Shown one piece after another: positions 1 to 7,626 of a DNA stretch of 39,142 nt. The notes beneath the pieces are model-generated. The model had not been told where the DNA came from. It saw nothing but the letters and a program-made list of their open reading frames with translations, and searched no databases. The position numbers were made by a program, and so were the translations under genes. Every line of letters starts with the position of its first letter. Position 1 is the first letter of the stretch. Source of the stretch: Myxococcota bacterium (GTDB lineage: Bacteria; Myxococcota; UBA4151); contig JAYZBQ010000013.1 in assembly GCA_036338695.1 (NCBI GenBank), forward strand, positions 1-39,142. Reading direction: 5' to 3'.

Positions 1-479
1 GCGTCGGTGTCGACCTCGTTGCCGTCGTCGCAGACCTCGCCCATCTCGGGCTGAATCTCGCCGTCACCGCAGCCGACCACCACGCAGTCGTTGGTGCAGC
101 CGTCCCAGGGCTCGTCGTTGCCGTCATCGCAGCCCTCATAGGCTTCATCGGTCTCAAGCAAGTCCGTGCGCAAGATGCCGTCGCCGCAGGTCGCGGGCTG
201 GCACGAGCTCAAGCAGGCGTCGTTATCCTCTGTGTTGCCGTCATCGCAGCTTTCCGCGCCGACCACGCCTGGGTCCAGATCGCCGCGTACGATGCCGTCA
301 CCGCAGGTCGCGTTTTGGCAGGCGTTGGTGCATGCATCCTCGTCGATCGCGTTGCCGTCATCGCAGGTCTCACCGGCGCTGATCCGGCCGTCCCCGCAGC
401 GCCCTTCGCTGATCGTCGACGGCGGCGAACACGCCGCCGCGCCCATCAATACATACGCCAAGGCCCACGCTTTTCTCAT
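1..479 (-). CDS. Lipoprotein with Myxococcus cysteine-rich (DUF4215-type) repeats; runs off the left edge (partial)
   Basis: Not in ORF track (no stop in window). Manual translation from ATG at 479: [62 protein letters not shown]...; lipobox-like AAA-C, four CGDG...CDDGN...C...C units (the last incomplete), GAGGAG RBS upstream. Confidence 0.88.
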   Translation of the reverse strand, partial: MRKAWALAYVLMGAAACSPPSTISEGRCGDGRISAGETCDDGNAIDEDACTNACQNATCGDGIVRGDLDPGVVGAESCDDGNTEDNDACLSSCQPATCGDGILRTDLLETDEAYEGCDDGNDEPWDGCTNDCVVVGCGDGEIQPEMGEVCDDGNEVDTD

Positions 480-514
480 CCTATCCGCTCCTCTTGCGCT
501 CGATCGACGGCGCT

Positions 515-543
515 AGTGTGGACGCTGGCTTCGCCTTCGTCAA
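515..543 (-). promoter_or_regulatory. Possible sigma70-type promoter for the cysteine-rich lipoprotein gene
   Basis: Minus strand TTGACG (543-538), 17-nt spacer, CACACT (520-515), in the 480-549 intergenic gap. Confidence 0.35.
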
Positions 544-549
544 AGCCGC

Positions 550-1650
550 CTAGTAGCCCGCCAGCGCCGCCCAGGTACTGCGGCAGCTGTGAGCATCACC
601 AAACAACACAGAGCCCACCTGCGCGCTTTTGAGGTGGAAGCCGATGTCATGCTCGTCGGTAACGCCGATGCCGCCGTGCAGTTGGACCCCCTCGCGCGAC
701 GCGAGGGAGTACGCTTCACCGCACTGCGCTTTCGCAAGCGCGGCGGCGCGCGCCCGCTCGACGCCGCCGAGCGCAAACTGGTCGACCCCAATCCGCAGCG
801 CCGCCTCAGCCATCTGCAAGCGGATAAAGACCTGACTGATGCGGTGCTGAAGCGCTTGAAAAGAGCCGATCGGCACGCCGAACTGCTGGCGCGTCTTGAG
901 GTACTCCAGCGTCATCTCAAAACTCGCCTGTGCGCCGCCGACCATCTGTGCAGCGAGCCCAAGCCGGCCAGCATCGAGCATCCGCTTGATCGCCTCACGG
1001 GCAGGACCGCCGCGTGCGAGAAGCTGCGCGTCGGCGACGAGGACCTCATCAAACACCAGCCGTGCGCTGTTGCGGTGGTCGATCAAGGCTTGCGCCTGCA
1101 CCTCGAGCCCTGCTGCGTCGCGATCAACCCAGCACACCATCTGCCCGTCATCGCACCGAGCGCTGACCACATAACCCGAGGCGCCGAGCCCGCCGAGCAC
1201 CATGGTCGCCCTACCGCTCAAGCGCCAGCCATCAGCCGCTTGCGTGGCTTGGACGCTCGGCGCAAAGACATCAGGCCGTCTCGCCTCGCTCTGCCAGGCG
1301 ACCGCAGCGCGCCGTCCGCTCGAGAGCTCCGCGAGGCGTTGACTGCGCATGGCGCCGCCCGGGCAGCCCAAAAGCGCCTCGATCGGCAGCTGATGCGCGC
1401 TCAAAACGGGCAGTTCGATGAGGGCTTTGCCGCCCTCCTTGATCAAAGCCACCAGCGCCGGCCAGCCGAGGTCCATGCCGCCGTGCTCTTCAGCGAGCGC
1501 CACCCCCATAAACCCTTGCGCCACGCAGGCGTCGAACAGCGCGTCATCGCCAGGTTGACCGGCGCGCCGAGCGCGCAGCACCTCGGCGCCCCCGTGTTCT
1601 GCGCAGAACTGAGCCGCCGTTTGGCGGATGAGTTCGAGCTCGTCGCTCAC
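550..1650 (-). CDS. Acyl-CoA dehydrogenase family protein (short partner subunit of a heteromeric ACAD pair)
   Basis: RQQFGVPIGSFQALQHR and QLHGGIGVTDEH ACAD motifs; start re-assigned to GTG at 1650, which overlaps the upstream TGA (GTGA, 1647-1650). Confidence 0.88.
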   Translation of the reverse strand: MSDELELIRQTAAQFCAEHGGAEVLRARRAGQPGDDALFDACVAQGFMGVALAEEHGGMDLGWPALVALIKEGGKALIELPVLSAHQLPIEALLGCPGGAMRSQRLAELSSGRRAAVAWQSEARRPDVFAPSVQATQAADGWRLSGRATMVLGGLGASGYVVSARCDDGQMVCWVDRDAAGLEVQAQALIDHRNSARLVFDEVLVADAQLLARGGPAREAIKRMLDAGRLGLAAQMVGGAQASFEMTLEYLKTRQQFGVPIGSFQALQHRISQVFIRLQMAEAALRIGVDQFALGGVERARAAALAKAQCGEAYSLASREGVQLHGGIGVTDEHDIGFHLKSAQVGSVLFGDAHSCRSTWAALAGY

Positions 1651-2846
1651 GCAGACCCCTTCGGTAACCCCAGCACGCGCTGCGCGAGGATGTTCAGCTG
1701 AATCTCCGAGGTGCCGCCCTCGATCGAATTGGCGCGGCTGCGCAGCCAGGCGCGGGTCGTCTCGAGGTCCCCTTCGCAAAAGCCCGCGCCGGACCAGCCA
1801 AGCCCGTGCGTCCCGGCGATGCGCATCTCGAGATCATAGCGAGCCTTCTTGAGCTCCGTGCCGACCAGCTTGATGACCGACGCCTCGGGGCCGGGCGTTC
1901 GCCCGGCGCGGCGAGCCTGGTCGATCCGCTTGAGCAGCTCGTGATAGCAGGCCTCCTTCATGGCGTACGCTGCGACCTCCTGGCGCAAGCTCTCGTCTGC
2001 CAAGCGAGCGTCGCGCTCGCCGACTGCGCTGCGAGCCGAGTCCGCCAGGGACGCCTCAAGGCCCGACAGCTGACCAGCGATCGCTGCGCCGATCATCGAG
2101 CGCTCAAAGCCGAGCAGCGCTTTAGCGACCCCCCAGCCCTCATCGATCGCCCCGACGACGTGCCGAACCGGGACGCGCACGTCGCTGAAGAAGACCTCAC
2201 AAAACGGCGATGACCCGCTGATCAGTTCGATCGGCCGCACCTCGACTCCTGGGCTGTCGAGGTCGATCAAGAGGAACGTGATCCCCTGCTGCTTACGCTC
2301 ACCTCTGCTGGTCCGAACCAGCGCAAAGATCCAATCGCTTAGGTGGGCGTAGCTCGTCCAAATTTTTTGCCCCGTGATCACCAGCTCGTCGCCGTCGCGC
2401 TGCGCCTGCATGGTCAGGCTCGCCAGGTCGCTCCCCGCCCCTGGCTCGGAGTAGCCCTGACACCAGCGCAGGTCGCCGCGTACGATCGCTGGGAGGTGTT
2501 CCGTTTTTTGCGCGTCGGTCCCGTAGTGCAGCAGCGTCGGCCCGATCATGGTCAAGCCGAAGCCCACCACGGGCGGCGGCACCTTGGCGTCGACGAGCGC
2601 TTGCTCCCAGGCGGTGTACTCCTCGGCGCCGAGCCCTCCGCCACCGTACGCCTCGGGCCAAGTAGGTGCTGTCAGTCCATGCTCAAGGCATCGATCTCGC
2701 CACACGAGGTAATCGGGGTTTTCATGACACCAGCGGCGGCCGCCCCAAAACCCATCGAACGCGCCGAGCCGCGTCCCGCGCAGGCTCTCGGGCGCAGACG
2801 CTGCGATGAATTCGGCAAACTGATCTGACGACAGACGCTTCGACAT
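1647..2846 (-). CDS. Acyl-CoA dehydrogenase family protein (long subunit of a heteromeric ACAD pair)
   Basis: WCQGYSEPGAGSDLASL, GQKIWTS and IEGGTSEIQ motifs; ATG at 2846 with GGAG upstream preferred over TTG at 2861. Confidence 0.9.
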   Translation of the reverse strand: MSKRLSSDQFAEFIAASAPESLRGTRLGAFDGFWGGRRWCHENPDYLVWRDRCLEHGLTAPTWPEAYGGGGLGAEEYTAWEQALVDAKVPPPVVGFGLTMIGPTLLHYGTDAQKTEHLPAIVRGDLRWCQGYSEPGAGSDLASLTMQAQRDGDELVITGQKIWTSYAHLSDWIFALVRTSRGERKQQGITFLLIDLDSPGVEVRPIELISGSSPFCEVFFSDVRVPVRHVVGAIDEGWGVAKALLGFERSMIGAAIAGQLSGLEASLADSARSAVGERDARLADESLRQEVAAYAMKEACYHELLKRIDQARRAGRTPGPEASVIKLVGTELKKARYDLEMRIAGTHGLGWSGAGFCEGDLETTRAWLRSRANSIEGGTSEIQLNILAQRVLGLPKGSA

Positions 2847-2980
2847 CTCGGCGCGCTCCAACGCCCAAGCATCTAACGCTCACCCCCCTGAAAGGCTAGG
2901 GTCGCTCGCATCGTGGGACCGAGCTCACCCCTACCGTGCCGAGCCTCGATCAAAGTCTCGGGCGTCTTCTGGACGGTAAA

Positions 2981-2998
2981 ACTGAAACATGTTCTAGT
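2981..2998. promoter_or_regulatory. KstR-type operator (site 1) in the divergent region between the ACAD pair and the amidohydrolase-hsaACDE operon
   Basis: ACTGAAACATGTTCTAGT; core 2983-2996 TGAAACATGTTCTA fits TnnAACnnGTTnnA; about 25 nt upstream of GTG 3021. Confidence 0.8.
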
Positions 2999-3020
2999 GC
3001 GCTTGGAGGGAGAACCTGTC

Positions 3021-3848
3021 GTGGCGATCAGCGAGGCGGTGATCGATACCTTCGTCAACGTCAACATGGGTTCCACCGAGCGGCCGGACTGGCTCGTGCG
3101 CGTGGCCGAAGATTACTTCAAGCGGGCCGACGCGATCTTCCAAGACATCGAAGCCGACGAGCTGGTTGAGACCATGGACCGCTGCGGTGTCAGCAAGGCG
3201 ATCATCACGATGCGTGCGCTCGAGCCTGACCCGCGCATCCTCGCCTTCCCCGAGCGCTATCCCGAGCGCTTTAGCCTCAGCATCAGCTGCGACCCGCGCC
3301 AAGGCATGAAGACCGTCCGGGCGCTCGAGAGTCTCGCCCGAGCCCATCCGGTCAGCCTGGCGCGCATGGTGCCCTTCATGACTGGCGTTGCGCCGAACCA
3401 GGCGCCGTCCTATCCGGTCTTTGCGAAGTGCTGTGAGCTCGGTCTACCGATCTCGGTCAACACGGGGATCCCCGGACCGCCCGCCCCCGGCATGGTCCAG
3501 CACCCGATGCACCTCGATGAGGTCTGCTTGTTCTTTCCCGAGCTCGAGCTGGTCATGGCGCACGGCGCCGACCCCTGGTGGGCTGAGGCGATCCGGCTGA
3601 TGCTCAAGTACAAAAATCTCTACCTGATGACCTCCGCCTATGCGCCAAAGTACCTGCCGCAGTCGCTGCTGGACTTTATGAACTCGCGCGGGCGCCACAA
3701 AATCCTCTTCGCATCCGACCACCCCGTTTTGGGGATGGATCGTTGCTGCGCTGAGGCGCGTGAGCTATCGCTCAAACCAGAGGCTCTGCGCGCCTACCTG
3801 AATGAAAACGCTCAGCGCCTGTTTTTTGATCGACTGGAGGTGACATGA
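3021..3848 (+). CDS. Amidohydrolase_2 family protein
   Basis: TIM-barrel amidohydrolase_2 motifs (YPVFAKCCELGLPISVNTG, FPELELVMAHG, KILFASDHP, ENAQRLF); GTG 3021 follows GGAGGG RBS; stop overlaps hsaA start (ATGA). Confidence 0.85.
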   Translation: MAISEAVIDTFVNVNMGSTERPDWLVRVAEDYFKRADAIFQDIEADELVETMDRCGVSKAIITMRALEPDPRILAFPERYPERFSLSISCDPRQGMKTVRALESLARAHPVSLARMVPFMTGVAPNQAPSYPVFAKCCELGLPISVNTGIPGPPAPGMVQHPMHLDEVCLFFPELELVMAHGADPWWAEAIRLMLKYKNLYLMTSAYAPKYLPQSLLDFMNSRGRHKILFASDHPVLGMDRCCAEARELSLKPEALRAYLNENAQRLFFDRLEVT

Positions 3849-5023
3849 CGGTCGACGTCCAATGGCTCAAGAAAGCAGAGGCTCTAGGCGATGCGCTCGC
3901 CGAGCGCAGGACAGCCTGCGAGGCGCAGTCACGGATGCCGCAAGAAACGGTCGATGACTTTCACGACGCCGGGCTCTGGCGCTTGCTTCAACCCAAGCGC
4001 TACGGCGGCGCTGAGGCGCACCCGAACACCTTCATGGCTTGCCAAACAGCGATCGCAAAGCGCTGTCCATCCAGCGCCTGGGTCTACGGGGTCGTCGGTG
4101 TGCACTCTTGGCAGCTGGCGCTGTTCGACGAGCGCGCACAGGACGAGGTTTGGGGCGACGACACCCGCGTCCTCATCTCGTCTTCGTACGCGCCGACCGG
4201 GCAGGTCGAGCGGGTCGAGGGCGGCTATCGGCTGACCGGCACCTGGAAGTTCAGCTCAGGCTGCGAGTTCTGTGACTGGGTGTTCCTGGGTGGGTTTGTC
4301 CCAGCCGCCGAGGGCGCCCCGCCAGGTCCCCCGGACATGAGAACGTTCTTGCTCCCCAAATCCGACTATCGGATCGATCGGACCTGGAACGTGGCAGGGC
4401 TGCAGGGGACCGGGAGCCACAACATCGTCGTTGATGGCGCCTTCGTGCCCGAGCATCGGACCCACAAAATGTCGGACGGCTTCAACCTTAAAAGCCCCGG
4501 CAACTCGGTGAACACGGCGCCGCTGTTCAAGGTACCGTTCGGCTTGTTGTTTACCCGATCGGTCTCCACCACAGCGATCGGTCTACTTGAGGGCGCGCTC
4601 GACGCGTACCTCAAGGTGGCGCGCTCAAAGGTGAGCGCCTCGGACCAACGGCGCGTCGTCGAAGACCCCAAAAGTCAGGAGGTCTGCGCGGAGGCACGCG
4701 CAGAGCTCGAGAGCGTCAAGTTGGTGCTTGAGCGCACCTTTAATGAGCTGATGCAGGCGGCCGAGCGAGGCGAGCGACCGACGATCGAGCGGCGCGCCCT
4801 GTTCCGCTACGAGAGCGCCATGGCGGTGCAACGCTGTATGGAGCAAGTGGACAAGCTGATGAGCCAAAGCGGCGGCACGGCGATCTTCGCCGATGCGCCC
4901 ATTCAACCGTTTTTCCAGGGCATCCACGCGGCGCGAGGACACTACGCCAACAACCCGGCGAAGCCCGCGCAGAATCTGGGACGCGTCTTGCTCGAGCTCA
5001 AAACTCAGGACTTCTTTTTGTGA
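3845..5023 (+). CDS. hsaA: Flavin-dependent monooxygenase, oxygenase subunit (3-HSA 4-hydroxylase, HsaA/TesA type)
   Basis: VGVHSWQLALFDERAQDEVWGDD...ISSSYAP...WKFSSGC...GLQGTGS closely resembles HsaA as I recall it; adjacent extradiol dioxygenase and MCP hydrolase. Confidence 0.88.
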   Translation: MTVDVQWLKKAEALGDALAERRTACEAQSRMPQETVDDFHDAGLWRLLQPKRYGGAEAHPNTFMACQTAIAKRCPSSAWVYGVVGVHSWQLALFDERAQDEVWGDDTRVLISSSYAPTGQVERVEGGYRLTGTWKFSSGCEFCDWVFLGGFVPAAEGAPPGPPDMRTFLLPKSDYRIDRTWNVAGLQGTGSHNIVVDGAFVPEHRTHKMSDGFNLKSPGNSVNTAPLFKVPFGLLFTRSVSTTAIGLLEGALDAYLKVARSKVSASDQRRVVEDPKSQEVCAEARAELESVKLVLERTFNELMQAAERGERPTIERRALFRYESAMAVQRCMEQVDKLMSQSGGTAIFADAPIQPFFQGIHAARGHYANNPAKPAQNLGRVLLELKTQDFFL

Positions 5024-5919
5024 TCCGACCGGTAGCTCAGCTGGGCTATCTTGGCTTCGGCGTCTCCGACCTCGAGGCATGGGCGTCGTTCGCCACGCAG
5101 ATTCTCGGGTTGCAGCTCACCGATCCAGACGAACACGGCTTTGACCTGCGCCTCGACAGCCACCGGCGCCGCTTTCTTATCCGTAAGGACCCCTCAGACG
5201 ACCTCAACCTGGTGGGCTGGCAGGCGGCGGACGCCGACAGCTTTGACGCCTTGGCGGAGCGCCTCGAGACCGCAGGCGTCTCCCCGCGTAGTGCGCCGGA
5301 GCCCCTGCGCAAGGCGCGCGGCGTCAACCGCCTCGTGCAGTTCGAAGACCCGGCAGGGATTCCCAGCGAGCTGGCGCTCGGTTACGACACCGCAGCGACG
5401 CCCTTCACCTCTGAGCTCGTGCGCGACGGGTTCGTGGCTGAAGAGCTCGGCCTAGGACACCTCGTCGTCACCAGCGAAGATCAAGCGCGCAGCGAGCGGT
5501 TCTACGAGCAGACCCTGGGCTTTGGTTTCTCCGACCGGATCAGCTGTACGGTCTTCGGCTACGACGTCGACATCGCCTTCTTTCATACCAACGCCCGCCA
5601 CCACAGCGTCGCGGTCGGAGGGCGGCTCGATAAACGCATTCACCACTTCATGATCGAGGCGAAGGCGATGGATGAGGTCGGCCGCGCCTACGACCGGTGC
5701 ATTCGCCAGCGCATCCCGATCATGAACACGCTGGGTCGACACCCCAACGACCAGATGTTTTCGTTCTACGCGTTCACGCCGTCGGGGTTTCAATTTGAGT
5801 TTGGGTGGGGCGGGCGAGCCGTCGACCCGGCCGATCACCCCGCCGGTGCCTTTGACCGCATCTCAGAGTGGGGTCACCACCCCCCAGCGCTGCTCGCTCC
5901 CCGAAAGAAGAAGCCGTGA
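5020..5919 (+). CDS. hsaC: Extradiol ring-cleavage dioxygenase (HsaC/TesB/BphC type)
   Basis: QLGYLG N-terminus; metal-ligand motifs GLGHLV, RHHSVA, IHHFMIE; TLGRHPNDQMFSFYAFTPSGFQFEFGWGG. Confidence 0.88.
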   Translation: MIRPVAQLGYLGFGVSDLEAWASFATQILGLQLTDPDEHGFDLRLDSHRRRFLIRKDPSDDLNLVGWQAADADSFDALAERLETAGVSPRSAPEPLRKARGVNRLVQFEDPAGIPSELALGYDTAATPFTSELVRDGFVAEELGLGHLVVTSEDQARSERFYEQTLGFGFSDRISCTVFGYDVDIAFFHTNARHHSVAVGGRLDKRIHHFMIEAKAMDEVGRAYDRCIRQRIPIMNTLGRHPNDQMFSFYAFTPSGFQFEFGWGGRAVDPADHPAGAFDRISEWGHHPPALLAPRKKKP

Positions 5920-6749
5920 TCGATACGCCCCGAAGGGTCCCACGCGGCGCCAGCGTCCCCATCGGTGATGGGCTTGAGATTCACTATCACGAGGCAGGCA
6001 GCGGGCCGCCGGTCATCTTTGTTCACGGAAGCGGACCTGGGGGCAGCGGCTGGTCGAACTTTCAAGGCAACTATGAGCCGCTCGCCCAGGCTGGGTTTCG
6101 CTGTCTGGTGCCGGATCTGATCGGCTACGGCTACTCATCCAAGCCCGACGATGCGCGCTATACGCTCGATTACCTCACACGCGGCGTGGTCGCCTTTGCC
6201 GACCAACTCGGGCTCGAGCGCTTTGCGCTCATCGGTAACTCGCTCGGAGGCGCCATCTGCATCCGGTTGGCGCTCGACCACCCCGAGCGGGTCGAGCGCA
6301 TGGTGCTGATGGCTCCGGGTGGCATCGAGTCGCGAGCCGTCTACATGGGCATGAAGGGTATCCGCAGCATGCTGCGCGCGCTCTTTGACCCTGCGGGGCT
6401 CACGCTTGAGAGCATGCGTAAGGTGTTCAGCAAGCAACTCTTCGACCCGAGCATGGTCTCTGAGGCGCTGCTCGAGCAGCGCTTTCACATCGCCCAGCTG
6501 CAACCCCAGGCGGTGTTCGCGACCAGCCAGGTCCCAGATCAAAGCGGTGAGTTGCACCAGATCACTTGCCCGGTGCTCGGCTTATGGGGCGAGGACGACC
6601 AGTTCTGTCCGATCTCTGGGGCGGCGACGCTCGAGCAGGCGCTGCCCGATGTGCGCGTCGAGCGCTTTTCGAATTGTGGGCATTGGGTCATGGTTGAGCA
6701 TGAGGCGGTCTTCAACAACCTCGTTCGCGACTTTTTATCGGAGCGCTGA
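5916..6749 (+). CDS. hsaD: Meta-cleavage product C-C hydrolase (HsaD/TesD/BphD type)
   Basis: HGSGPGGSGWSNF, GNSLGG nucleophile elbow, CGHW; GTG at 5916 overlaps the hsaC stop (GTGA). Confidence 0.85.
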   Translation: MIDTPRRVPRGASVPIGDGLEIHYHEAGSGPPVIFVHGSGPGGSGWSNFQGNYEPLAQAGFRCLVPDLIGYGYSSKPDDARYTLDYLTRGVVAFADQLGLERFALIGNSLGGAICIRLALDHPERVERMVLMAPGGIESRAVYMGMKGIRSMLRALFDPAGLTLESMRKVFSKQLFDPSMVSEALLEQRFHIAQLQPQAVFATSQVPDQSGELHQITCPVLGLWGEDDQFCPISGAATLEQALPDVRVERFSNCGHWVMVEHEAVFNNLVRDFLSER

Positions 6750-7531
6750 TGGCTCTTGCACAACACCTCATCGACGCCCTCGGGGACGAGCTCTGGGCTT
6801 GTCTCAACGAGCGGCGGACCGTCGCGCCGATCACCGATCGTCACCCCGAAATGACGATCGATGATGCGTACGCCGTCAACCTGCGTCTGCGGAACCTACG
6901 CAGCGCCCGCGGGGACCGCCTCGTCGGGAAGAAAATCGGCGTCACGAGCCACGCAGTTCAGAGCATGCTCGGCGTTGACCAGCCTGACTTTGGGTTCCTT
7001 TTTGACACCATGGTGTACGAGCGAGAGATGCCGATCTCGAAGCAACTCATTCAGCCGCGCGCAGAGGGAGAGCTCGCCTTTGTGCTCAAGGCGCCGCTGC
7101 AAGGCCCGGGCGTCACCGACGAAGACGTCCTCACTGCCACCGAGGCGGTCATCCCCTGCTTTGAGGTGGTCGACTCACGGATCGCCGACTGGAAGGTCAA
7201 AATCCAGGACACGGTGGCGGATAACGCTAGCTGCGGGCTCTACATCCTAGGGCAGGGCGTCTCGCCGCACGGTCTGGATTTCCCCAACCTGGCGATGCGC
7301 GTGTTCAAGAATGGGGAGCTGCTGAGCGAGGGCGAAGGCCGCGCAGCGCTTGACTCGCCCGTCAAGTGCGTGACCTGGCTCGCCAACACCCTAGGACGCT
7401 ACGGGATCTCGTTGGACGCTGGTGATGTGATCTTATCGGGGTCCTGGGTCCCCCTCGAGCCGGTCCAAGCGGGGGATACCATGCGGCTTGAGATCGGCGG
7501 GGTCGGCGCCTGTGAGGTCGTCTTTACCTGA
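6749..7531 (+). CDS. hsaE: 2-hydroxy-penta/hexa-2,4-dienoate hydratase (HsaE/TesE/MhpD/DmpE type)
   Basis: GKKIGVTS...QPDFG, QPRAEGE, EVVDSRI, IQDTVADNASCG (FAH-superfamily hydratase). Confidence 0.88.
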   Translation: MALAQHLIDALGDELWACLNERRTVAPITDRHPEMTIDDAYAVNLRLRNLRSARGDRLVGKKIGVTSHAVQSMLGVDQPDFGFLFDTMVYEREMPISKQLIQPRAEGELAFVLKAPLQGPGVTDEDVLTATEAVIPCFEVVDSRIADWKVKIQDTVADNASCGLYILGQGVSPHGLDFPNLAMRVFKNGELLSEGEGRAALDSPVKCVTWLANTLGRYGISLDAGDVILSGSWVPLEPVQAGDTMRLEIGGVGACEVVFT

Positions 7532-7626
7532 GGCCACATCGTGCACCGCCTAAGGCTTTCCGAGGGTTGACGCTGGCGGCCGCCCACAGACTGCTCTAAA
7601 GACGTCCCGCTCATGCGGAGGTCACC

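Noticed and set aside
166..516. ORF-track proteins with PSPQ/LPSSQ repeats (also 37856-39137 on the minus strand)
   Set aside because: Antisense shadows of the CGDG/CDDGN repeat genes.
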